A DNA stretch of 32,000 bases from the NCBI GenBank assembly GCA_039916305.1, contig JBDSLR010000002.1:1-32000 (forward strand). The letters are read 5' to 3'. This DNA comes from Chitinophagaceae bacterium. Lineage in GTDB: Bacteria > Bacteroidota > Bacteroidia > Chitinophagales > Chitinophagaceae. Below the pieces are notes generated by a model. It saw only the letters and a program-made list of their open reading frames with translations. It made no database searches and was not told the origin of the DNA. A program made the translations under genes and the position numbers. Below, piece by piece: positions 1 to 7,487 of the stretch. Positions within the stretch are counted from its first letter, which is position 1. Every line of letters starts with the position of its first letter.

Positions 1-1
1 A

Positions 2-682
2 TTTGCAGAGCAGGGTTGTAATTTGGCTTTTACCTATGTAAGCGATGGCAGCGCAGAAAAAGCAAAAGTGCTTGAAGATAAGCTAACCGCCATGGGGGTA
101 AAAGCAAAAGCATACCAAAGCAATGCCGGTGATTTTGCAGCCTGCGAATCTTTTGTAAATGATGTGTTGAAGGAATTTGGCAGCATTGATATTTGTGTAA
201 ACAATGCCGGTATTTCAAAAGACAATTTACTGTTGCGCATGACGCCCGAGCAATGGGACGATGTAATGAATATTAACCTAAAGAGCGTATACAATATGAC
301 CAAGCAGGTTATTCGTCCTATGATGAAAGCCCGCAAAGGAAGTATCATCAATATGAGCTCTATCATTGGTGTACGCGGTAATGCAGGCCAAAGCAGTTAT
401 GCAGCCAGTAAAGCAGGCATTATAGGTTTTACAAAATCAATCGCTGCAGAGCTGGGCAGCCGCAACATCCGGTGTAATGCCATAGCACCTGGTTTCATAG
501 AAACAGATATGACCAGCTACCTGCAGGATGGCGAAGCATCCAAAGCATTCCTGGAAAAAATTCCGCTGGGCAGATTTGGAACTGCAGAAGAAATTGCCAA
601 CACTACGCTGTTCCTGGCATCAGACATGAGCAGTTATATAACCGGCCAGGTGATCAGTGCGTGCGGTGGGTTAAATATATAG
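2..682 (+). CDS. fabG: 3-oxoacyl-[ACP] reductase (classical SDR), 5' end outside the window
   Basis: The frame is open to the window edge, so the TTG at 23 is not the real start. Seen motifs: NNAGI, catalytic S...YAASKAG (YxxxK), and PGFIETDM. Length and C-terminus (GGLNI) are typical of FabG. Confidence 0.9.
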   Translation, partial: FAEQGCNLAFTYVSDGSAEKAKVLEDKLTAMGVKAKAYQSNAGDFAACESFVNDVLKEFGSIDICVNNAGISKDNLLLRMTPEQWDDVMNINLKSVYNMTKQVIRPMMKARKGSIINMSSIIGVRGNAGQSSYAASKAGIIGFTKSIAAELGSRNIRCNAIAPGFIETDMTSYLQDGEASKAFLEKIPLGRFGTAEEIANTTLFLASDMSSYITGQVISACGGLNI

Positions 683-778
683 CACCCGTTGCTGATTGTG
701 GGATGTAACGGTTTTGAGATTACTAGTGCTATGGCTCTAAAGAAAATCACCAAACTCCGCCATCCAAAAATTACGAAA

Positions 779-1405
779 TCATATTTTAATGTTCCGGGTC
801 TTTATATAGTGGTGCCAAAGCAACATGGTAGCGATAGACCGGTATGGCCGCCAGGCTTCAGCCAGTTGAAGAACTTCTTCTTTACCGGTATGTTTGGGTA
901 ATTGTTTCACTTGTTTGAATGCATTCATCATCGCTAAATCCCCCGTTGGAAAAACATCGGTCCGCTGCAAAACAAACAGGAGGTATATATCCACGGTCCA
1001 GTCACCAATGCCTTTTATTTGTTTTAATGCGCTTCTTATTTCAGCATCTGTACCAGCCCCCATTTTTTTTAGCTGTAATTTTTTTGTAACGATGGCATTG
1101 GCCAGGCATCTTGCATACACCGTTTTTTGCCGGCTAAAATAACATGCCCGCAATTCCGCATCAGACAATAGCAATACTTTTTGTGGCGTTACCGTTCCAA
1201 TTTTTTCCCGCAGTTTTTGGAGTGCCGCTTTTGCAGAAGCCAATGATACCTGTTGTTCAAGAATAATATGAATAATGGAGGCAAACGTTGCCGGCCGGCT
1301 CCACATGGGCGGGCAACCATACTGCTGAATAATCAATTGCAAGTGAGGATCCTTTTTTGCGAGCTGATGGCAGTGCGCTTTAAAATTGTCTTTATTGAAT
1401 TGCAT
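779..1405 (-). CDS. DNA-3-methyladenine glycosylase II family protein (HhH-GPD, AlkA-like)
   Basis: 208-aa ORF with a helix-hairpin-helix LKQIKGIGDWTVDIY followed by the FPTGDLAM catalytic Asp context. This layout is typical of the short AlkA/HhH-GPD family. Confidence 0.8.
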   Translation of the reverse strand: MQFNKDNFKAHCHQLAKKDPHLQLIIQQYGCPPMWSRPATFASIIHIILEQQVSLASAKAALQKLREKIGTVTPQKVLLLSDAELRACYFSRQKTVYARCLANAIVTKKLQLKKMGAGTDAEIRSALKQIKGIGDWTVDIYLLFVLQRTDVFPTGDLAMMNAFKQVKQLPKHTGKEEVLQLAEAWRPYRSIATMLLWHHYIKTRNIKI

Positions 1406-1655
1406 AGCTATGAGAACAAGGAGAAAAAGAGGAATGAAGATAAGTCGCCCTGGGGAAACGCTAAGAAAAATGGGGAAAAGAGAAGAAGATACCTGGCATA
1501 GCTGGGATAGAGCCCGGCAGTGCAGAAATATTATATAGTGCTTAAACCCTACCAGGGAAAAACTGGCCTGCTACAACAATTCAAAAATAAAGCACTTCGA
1601 AATAGGTTGCCTGTCATTTTGAATGCTCCTTTACGCTTCATTTTCTCCGCCTTTA

Positions 1656-2423
1656 TTAGCCCCTTTTTGCTTTAAATTTTGCAATGGCATCCTTTGTGAA
1701 GCGGCTCACTACCAGTCTGCCGCTGATGGCTGCCCGTTCGCTCAGCAACTGGTCCCAGTGCTCGGTCCCTTTCCAGAATACTTTCTTCATTTCTGACATT
1801 GCTTCGGGGCTGGCATGTGCCAGTGTTTGTGCCAGGCGGGTTACTGATTCATCCATGTTTTCGATACTGGTATGTAATTCGGCGAACAGGCCTTTGCGTT
1901 TTGCCCAGTCTGCACTTCGCCAGAGCCCGGCATCAATGGCCAGGTGACTGAATGCGGCATTGCCGGTTTTTCGTTCAATAACAGGCCCCACTACAAAAGG
2001 CCCGATGCCGATTGCCAGCTCACTCAGTTTTACTTCAGCAGCTTCCGTAGCAATGGCATAGTCCACCGCTGCTGCCAGGCCCACACCTCCACCAACACAT
2101 TTACCCTGTATGCGGCCAATGATCAATTTACCGCAGGTGCGCATGGCGTTTATAACACGTGCAAAGCCATTGAAAAAATGCTGCCCTTCCTGTTCGTTGG
2201 TAATGGCCGCCAGCTCATCAAATGAGGCGCCCGCACAAAAAGTTTTTTGTCCGCCGGAACGCAGTACAATCACTTTTGTATCTGTATTTATCCCTGCGTG
2301 ATGAATTTCCTGTGCCAGTTCATGCAGCATTTTACCGGGTAAGGAATTGCTTTGCGGGTGAAAAAATTCTATCGTTGTAATACCTGTATGGTCTGTATGA
2401 GTGCTGATATATGATTCCTGCAT
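1656..2423 (-). CDS. enoyl-CoA hydratase/isomerase (crotonase) family protein
   Basis: 255 aa. The FCAGASFDEL oxyanion-hole segment and GKCVGGGVGLAAAVD glycine-rich segment are characteristic of the crotonase fold. Confidence 0.85.
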   Translation of the reverse strand: MQESYISTHTDHTGITTIEFFHPQSNSLPGKMLHELAQEIHHAGINTDTKVIVLRSGGQKTFCAGASFDELAAITNEQEGQHFFNGFARVINAMRTCGKLIIGRIQGKCVGGGVGLAAAVDYAIATEAAEVKLSELAIGIGPFVVGPVIERKTGNAAFSHLAIDAGLWRSADWAKRKGLFAELHTSIENMDESVTRLAQTLAHASPEAMSEMKKVFWKGTEHWDQLLSERAAISGRLVVSRFTKDAIAKFKAKRG

Positions 2424-2429
2424 AGCTAA

Positions 2430-2439
2430 GAGGTTAAGG
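2430..2439. repeat. left arm of an inverted repeat flanking the GxxExxY gene (GAGGTTAAGG)
   Basis: Its reverse complement CCTTAACCTC matches 2984..2992 (CCTTAACCT) at 9 of 10 positions. The 8-mer TTAACCTC occurs again at 2993..3000. Confidence 0.6.
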
Positions 2440-2479
2440 AGAAAAGGAGATTATTTATATGCACTGAAGAGAAAATGAA

Positions 2480-2878
2480 CTAATCCGTTAATTTCTCTCT
2501 GCCAAAATTATTAAATATCCTGTAAATGCCATGTTTCATCAATTCCACTTTAAAATTCAGCAACATTCCGTGTTTCAAATTTAAAAGGGATAACTGGGTT
2601 TTGATTTGTTTAAAATAGACAGCGTGTAAAGGTGTCAACGATTTCCACTCGATCACCAAAGTATTTTCAACGATCAGGGCCAATTTATACGCCTTTTCGA
2701 TATGTTGTGTTTCGTAGTCAATTGCTGACAAAACCTGCCGTTGAACATACAAGCCTATTTTCGTCAATTCGTAATATAGAATTTCTTCATATACTTTTTC
2801 AAAACATCCGGGGCCAACTTTTGAATGTATTTTAATGCACGCAGTAACAACAGACCCTGTTAATTCATTTATACTCAT
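2480..2878 (-). CDS. GxxExxY family protein (small PD-(D/E)XK-like protein common in Bacteroidota)
   Basis: 132 aa. The name-giving motif G-CF-E-KV-Y sits in the GPGCFEKVYEE context near the N-terminus. The gene is visibly more AT-rich than both neighbours. Confidence 0.8.
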   Translation of the reverse strand: MSINELTGSVVTACIKIHSKVGPGCFEKVYEEILYYELTKIGLYVQRQVLSAIDYETQHIEKAYKLALIVENTLVIEWKSLTPLHAVYFKQIKTQLSLLNLKHGMLLNFKVELMKHGIYRIFNNFGREKLTD

Positions 2879-2983
2879 AACAGCTTCATAAAAATCAGCT
2901 AAGTTCTGTACTCTCTCACTTCAATCCATGCTGTTTTAGTCATACTGTTTCTGTTTTTACCCCATTTTTCTCATGTCTTTGCA

Positions 2984-2992
2984 CCTTAACCT
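2984..2992. repeat. right arm of the inverted repeat flanking the GxxExxY gene (CCTTAACCT)
   Basis: Complementary to 2430..2439. It overlaps the stop codon and last codons of the PaaZ-like gene. Confidence 0.6.
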
Positions 2993-5052
2993 TTAACCTC
3001 ATTTGCCTTTGTTCTCTTAGCCACCATGGTTAATATTGTTGCTATGCCCACGTGCTCCTCCGTTTCATCCAGTATTTCTACATACCATTTCACAATACCT
3101 TTTGGAATGTCATTTTCATCTTTCAATTCCTGCGCAGTTTTTTCTTTGCAGGTAAATCGCACCTGGATCACTGCGCCGGCATATACAGGTTTGGTGAACC
3201 GCAACTCATCAATACCATAATTGAGCAGCACCGGCCCCATATCACTCCCATCTACAAATAAGCCTGCAGCAGCACTTAAGATAAAATAGCCATGCGCCAC
3301 CTGCTTTTCAAACATGGTGCCTTCAAAACGGGTATCGGTTTTATGGGCATAAAAATGATCGCCGCTGAGATCTGCAAAACGGTTAATGTCCTCGGCTGTA
3401 ATGGTTCGCTTTTTAGTAACCAGCTGGTCGCCGATTTGCAGTTCGTCAAAAAATTTTTTAAAGGGATGAATACTGTCTGTGTTTCCTTTTGCATATGGCT
3501 GGTATACATTGGTGATAGCCGTGAGTGTGGTAGGAGAGCCCTGTACTGCCACCCGCTGCATATAATGTTTTACGCCGCGGACGCCACCCATTTCTTCTCC
3601 ACCTCCCGCACGACCCGGCCCACCATGCACCAATAAAGGCAATGGCGAACCATGGCCGGTACTTTCCCGGGCGCAGTCATTATTCAGGACCAATATCCGG
3701 CCGTGATGCGTAGCTGCAGTCAACACATATTGCTTTGCGATGGCATCACTGGCGGTTACAATAGTGGAACACAATGAACCCTTTCCTTTCTTACTCAGCG
3801 CAATGGCTTCCTCCATATTTTTATAGGGCATAATGGTGCTTACCGGGCCAAACGCTTCAATACTATGCGAGGCCTCACTTGCAAAAGGCTGGTCGTTCAA
3901 TAATAAAAGCGGACTTAAAAACGCTCCTTTGCCAGCATCTGCATCCAGTACTTCCACGCTGTCGAGGCTGCCGTAAATAATTTGAGAAACTGCCAGTAAT
4001 TTTTGCACCTGTGCTTTTACTTCTTCTCTTTGAGATTGCCCGGCCAGTGCACCCATGCGTACTTTTTCATTGAGCGGGTTACCAATAATGGTTTGAGACA
4101 GCGACAGCGAAAGGGCCTTGCACACCGCGTCCATTTTGTTATCAGGAATAAAAATCCGGCGGATGGCCGTACATTTTTGCCCGGCCTTCACCGTCATTTC
4201 TTTTTTCACCTCTTTGATAAAAATTTCCCACTCCGCTTGCCCTGGCATTACGTCTTCGCCCAGTACAATACAGTTAAGCGAATCTGCTTCCATCGTAAAA
4301 GGCACACTCTCTCTCAAAATGTTGGGATTGGATTTTAACAGCAGGCCCGTAGAAGCAGAACCAGTAAACGTTACTACATCCTGCGCGTCAACATGGTCCA
4401 GTAAGTCTCCCGCACTACCACAGATTAATTGCAGGGCACCGTCTGGCAAAATACCACTGGCGGCTATTTCTTTTACCACCGCTTCAGTTAGGTAAGCCGT
4501 AATGCTGGCAGGTTTTACAATGGCCGGCATACCGGCCAGTAAATTAACCGCAATTTTTTCCAGCATGCCCCATACCGGAAAATTAAAGGCGTTTATATGA
4601 ACAGCCACCCCTTCTTTGGGCACTAAAATATGCTGGGCCATAAAACTATTGGCCTTACCCAGGTTATGGCTTTCGCCGTCAAGGCAAAAAAACTCATCTG
4701 GAAATTTTCTGCGCAGCGATGCATTGGCAAAGAGGTTGCCGATGCCACCTTCAATATCTATCCAGCTATCTACTTTTGTAGCCCCCGTCTGGGAGCTGAT
4801 GGTATAAAATTTTTCTTTGTGCGCGGTAAGATGGAGGGCCAGGGCACGCAACATTCGGCCCCTTTCATGAAAGCTCATCCTGCGCAGGGCTGGGTTGCCT
4901 GTTTCTCTTCCATAGCGCAGCATGGCGGCAAAATCAAGGCCTTTGGAGCTGGCATGTGTAATAATATCGCCTGTAACGGCATGGTATAAAGGCTGTCCAT
5001 CCCCGTCGCCCGTTATCCAGCGGCCGGTTGTATAATTTCCCAATTTATTCAT
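2986..5052 (-). CDS. paaZ: PaaZ-like bifunctional aldehyde dehydrogenase / MaoC-type hydratase
   Basis: The N-terminal ~510 aa is ALDH-like, with GQKCTAIRR (catalytic Cys context) and FTMEADSLN (Glu context). The C-terminal ~150 aa is a hot-dog/MaoC domain (FADLSGDHFYAH). I chose the ATG at 5052 (MNKLGNYTTGRW...), which resembles PaaZ N-termini, over the ORF-track ATG at 5088. Confidence 0.8.
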   Translation of the reverse strand: MNKLGNYTTGRWITGDGDGQPLYHAVTGDIITHASSKGLDFAAMLRYGRETGNPALRRMSFHERGRMLRALALHLTAHKEKFYTISSQTGATKVDSWIDIEGGIGNLFANASLRRKFPDEFFCLDGESHNLGKANSFMAQHILVPKEGVAVHINAFNFPVWGMLEKIAVNLLAGMPAIVKPASITAYLTEAVVKEIAASGILPDGALQLICGSAGDLLDHVDAQDVVTFTGSASTGLLLKSNPNILRESVPFTMEADSLNCIVLGEDVMPGQAEWEIFIKEVKKEMTVKAGQKCTAIRRIFIPDNKMDAVCKALSLSLSQTIIGNPLNEKVRMGALAGQSQREEVKAQVQKLLAVSQIIYGSLDSVEVLDADAGKGAFLSPLLLLNDQPFASEASHSIEAFGPVSTIMPYKNMEEAIALSKKGKGSLCSTIVTASDAIAKQYVLTAATHHGRILVLNNDCARESTGHGSPLPLLVHGGPGRAGGGEEMGGVRGVKHYMQRVAVQGSPTTLTAITNVYQPYAKGNTDSIHPFKKFFDELQIGDQLVTKKRTITAEDINRFADLSGDHFYAHKTDTRFEGTMFEKQVAHGYFILSAAAGLFVDGSDMGPVLLNYGIDELRFTKPVYAGAVIQVRFTCKEKTAQELKDENDIPKGIVKWYVEILDETEEHVGIATILTMVAKRTKANEVKG

Positions 5053-5185
5053 ACGGCATCTATATTGTTTGCTTTCGTTGGTATGCACCTGATGCGTATT
5101 GGCACCGGTTTGTATATCTAAATTAGTTTAAAAGAAAAACACGCTCGGATCCAATTTCACTGGCTGCGGGTATTGCAGGGCCAAC

Positions 5186-5216
5186 ATAAAAATGCCGCTT
5201 ACTGGAGAAGCGGCAT
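5186..5216 (-). terminator. intrinsic terminator downstream of adk
   Basis: 9-bp stem ATGCCGCTT/AAGCGGCAT (5192..5200 and 5208..5216) with a 7-nt loop. It is followed on the minus strand by a T-run (plus-strand A-run 5188..5191). It lies 23 nt after the adk stop. Confidence 0.7.
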
Positions 5217-5238
5217 GGTAGTTTGAATGTTATATAAG

Positions 5239-5820
5239 TTAAGCGGCCTGCTTTTCGTCAATTGAAACGCACAGGAGTTTAAAAACGTCATTTTCAGTAC
5301 CTTCCCCTTCCACCATCACTACTTTTCCAAACTGGTTGTAATAATCAGCTACTACGGATGTTTTACTGTTGTACTCAATCAGCCTGGCTCGTATAACATC
5401 TTCCTTGCTGTCATCACTGCGGCCGCTGGTTAGTCCCCTGTTCAGTAAACGCTTTATCAGCTCATCTTCACTCACTTTAAGCGCCAGCACCACGTTAATA
5501 GCAGCCCCGTATTGGCCCAGTAAGGCGTCAAGTGCTTCAGACTGGGCTTTGGTACGCGGAAACCCATCAAACAAAAACCCTTTGGCCTGAGGATTATTAG
5601 CAAGTGCAGAGCGAATCATACCAATAACCACCTCGTCCGGTACCAGCTGGCCCTGGTCCATTAACTTTTTCGCCTCCATGCCGAGGGCTGTCTGCCCCGC
5701 AATCTCGCTGCGCAAAAGGTCGCCGGTAGAAAGGTGCTTTAACCCGTATTTTGCCATCAGCTTCTCAGACTGGGTACCCTTTCCGCTACCTGGCGGACCA
5801 AATAAAATTAAATTGAACAT
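5239..5820 (-). CDS. adk: adenylate kinase (short-lid type)
   Basis: P-loop GPPGSGKGTQ at the N-terminus, plus LSTGDLLR and GFLFDGFPR motifs. 193 aa with no Cys4 lid. Confidence 0.95.
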   Translation of the reverse strand: MFNLILFGPPGSGKGTQSEKLMAKYGLKHLSTGDLLRSEIAGQTALGMEAKKLMDQGQLVPDEVVIGMIRSALANNPQAKGFLFDGFPRTKAQSEALDALLGQYGAAINVVLALKVSEDELIKRLLNRGLTSGRSDDSKEDVIRARLIEYNSKTSVVADYYNQFGKVVMVEGEGTENDVFKLLCVSIDEKQAA

Positions 5821-5848
5821 ATTTACTTGCTTACCTTTTGGAGAAGAA

Positions 5849-5856
5849 CAAATATA
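5849..5856 (-). promoter_or_regulatory. candidate Bacteroidota -7 promoter box for adk (TATATTTG on the minus strand)
   Basis: Exact match to the TAnnTTTG consensus, 28 nt upstream of the adk ATG. No convincing -33 TTG at canonical spacing. Confidence 0.35.
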
Positions 5857-5979
5857 AAGGAACAGCCTTAAAATTCCTTTAACAATTTTAGGCTGGTTTT
5901 TAGAAAATTTCTAATGTTTATACTTGTTAAAATGAGACGTCTGTCAGAGAACCGACAATCTGTGGCAACCATTAGGACG

Positions 5980-5987
5980 TAAATTTG
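5980..5987 (+). promoter_or_regulatory. candidate -7 promoter box for msrB (TAAATTTG)
   Basis: Exact TAnnTTTG match ending 8 nt before the ATG at 5995. If it is used, translation probably starts at a downstream in-frame ATG (6004 or 6021). Confidence 0.3.
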
Positions 5988-5994
5988 TTGTATA

Positions 5995-6585
5995 ATGAAG
6001 CACATGAAAAATATAACAGGAATGCTACTGATATTGCTTTTGCCTGCAGTTTTTGCACAATGCAGCTATTCACAGTCAGCAACCGTAAAAAAAACAAGTA
6101 ATATGAGCGATGGTACAGACAAAAAAAAGCCGGCCGTTTCTGCAACAGATACTGCTTTTGTAAATAAGAGTAATGAAGAATGGAGAAAAATATTGCCGGC
6201 GGCTGTGTACAATGTAGCCAGGCAAAAGGGTACAGAACGGCCCTGGACAAGTCCTTTTGAAAGTTCAAAAGAAATTGGCACTTACTACTGTGCAGTTTGC
6301 GGAAACCCGTTGTTTAAAAGTGATACCAAGTTTGAAAGCGGCTGTGGATGGCCTAGTTTTTATGAGCCGGTTAGTAAAAGCAGTATTATTTACAGCGTAG
6401 ATAATACCCTTGGTATGAAAAGAACCGAAGTAGAGTGTGGCAAGTGTAAATCTCACCTGGGGCATGTATTTGAAGATGGTCCGCCGCCAACCGGACTGCG
6501 CTACTGTATTAACGGCGTAGTGCTTGATTTTGAAAAGGCAAAGGACGCGGAGAAAAAATTTAATGACACTAAGAAAGGGGAATAA
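5995..6585 (+). CDS. msrB: peptide-methionine (R)-S-oxide reductase MsrB, secreted/periplasmic form
   Basis: The N-terminal signal-like segment is LLILLLPAVFAQ. Two CxxC zinc pairs are present (CAVCGNP, CGKCKSH). The catalytic RYCINGVVL motif is also present. Confidence 0.9.
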   Translation: MKHMKNITGMLLILLLPAVFAQCSYSQSATVKKTSNMSDGTDKKKPAVSATDTAFVNKSNEEWRKILPAAVYNVARQKGTERPWTSPFESSKEIGTYYCAVCGNPLFKSDTKFESGCGWPSFYEPVSKSSIIYSVDNTLGMKRTEVECGKCKSHLGHVFEDGPPPTGLRYCINGVVLDFEKAKDAEKKFNDTKKGE

Positions 6586-6600
6586 ATAGGAATAAGAAAA

Positions 6601-6647
6601 CCGCAGATTCGCCGATTATGTATGTCATATAATCTGCCAGTCTGCGG
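6601..6647. terminator. compound hairpin between convergent msrB and the yceI-family gene (possible bidirectional terminator)
   Basis: Outer stem CCGCAGA/TCTGCGG (6601..6607 and 6641..6647) encloses inner stem GATTAT/ATAATC (6614..6619 and 6629..6634). There are A/T-rich flanks but no clean U-tract. Confidence 0.45.
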
Positions 6648-6672
6648 CTTAACAATATGAAGCAATCTTTCT

Positions 6673-7320
6673 TTATGATTTCTTCATATCTATATTCAAT
6701 GTAATTTCAACGTCTTTGCCAACTACCACACCGCCTGCTTCTGTAGCAGCATTCCATTTCAGGTTATAATCAAAACGGTTAACAGTAGTCTTTGCTTTAA
6801 AGCCCACATGCGTGCCGCCCATGGCAGTCACCGTACCACCATATGTAACGTCAAAAACAACGGGCTTGGTTATATCGCGGATAGTAAGATCACCAGCAAG
6901 CGTATATTTATTGTTACCCAGCAACTTGAAAGATTTGCTTACAAATTTTATCTGGGGGAATTTTTCAGCGTTAAAAAAATCATCCGATTTTAAATGTTTG
7001 TCCCTGTTTTCGTTGTCGGTATTGATGGAGCTAACATCCGCTGTAAAGCTGATGACAGCATCCGTAAAATCAGGTTTGGAGGCCTTCATGCTACCATCAA
7101 AAGATTTAAAACTTCCGTCTACATCAGACACTACCAGGTGGGCTACTGAAAACCGCACGTTGGTATGGGCTTTATCCAGTACCCATACAGCAGGCGTTTG
7201 CGCAGGGGTAACAGCGGTTGTATTTTTTACAACTGGCTGACCATCAGAATTTAGTACGGTAAATGCAGATCCAAATATAAGCGCAATGGCTGCAGCCGAA
7301 AACAATGCTATCTTTTTCAT
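6673..7320 (-). CDS. YceI family periplasmic protein
   Basis: 215 aa. The signal peptide is MKKIALFSAAAIALIFGSA. A YceI-like lipocalin pattern is present (DKAHTNVRFSVAHLVVSDVDGSF ... GDLTIRDITKPV). Confidence 0.85.
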   Translation of the reverse strand: MKKIALFSAAAIALIFGSAFTVLNSDGQPVVKNTTAVTPAQTPAVWVLDKAHTNVRFSVAHLVVSDVDGSFKSFDGSMKASKPDFTDAVISFTADVSSINTDNENRDKHLKSDDFFNAEKFPQIKFVSKSFKLLGNNKYTLAGDLTIRDITKPVVFDVTYGGTVTAMGGTHVGFKAKTTVNRFDYNLKWNAATEAGGVVVGKDVEITLNIDMKKS

Positions 7321-7348
7321 ATTTTGTTTTTAATGTTTAAACTTTGAT

Positions 7349-7362
7349 AAAGGTATACCTTT
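7349..7362. promoter_or_regulatory. perfect 14-bp palindrome AAAGGTATACCTTT in the divergent yceI / aminotransferase promoter region
   Basis: Read directly from the sequence. It lies 29 nt upstream of the yceI-family start and 126 nt upstream of the aminotransferase start. Confidence 0.3.
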
Positions 7363-7461
7363 TTTTGCTATTCCATGTTTTTTTGTGAAATGCCTGGTTA
7401 AAAGGCGGCCTATATAAAATAAAAGCTTTCCGCACTGCCCCGGGAGCTGCCGGTATACCAG

Positions 7462-7469
7462 TACTTTTG
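7462..7469 (+). promoter_or_regulatory. candidate -7 promoter box for the aminotransferase (TACTTTTG)
   Basis: Exact TAnnTTTG match, 18 nt upstream of the ATG at 7488. Confidence 0.35.
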
Positions 7470-7487
7470 TAATAACCTTTGTAACAT

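Noticed and set aside
689-901. 70-aa plus-strand ORF between fabG and the glycosylase gene
   Set aside because: More than half of it overlaps the 3' end of the well-supported AlkA-like gene on the opposite strand. It has no recognisable features.
1253-1501. 82-aa Lys/Glu/Arg-rich plus-strand ORF
   Set aside because: Its 5' half is antisense to the AlkA-like gene. Its 3' half is just the translation of the polypurine tract (GAA/AAG/AGA codons). There is no coding signal.
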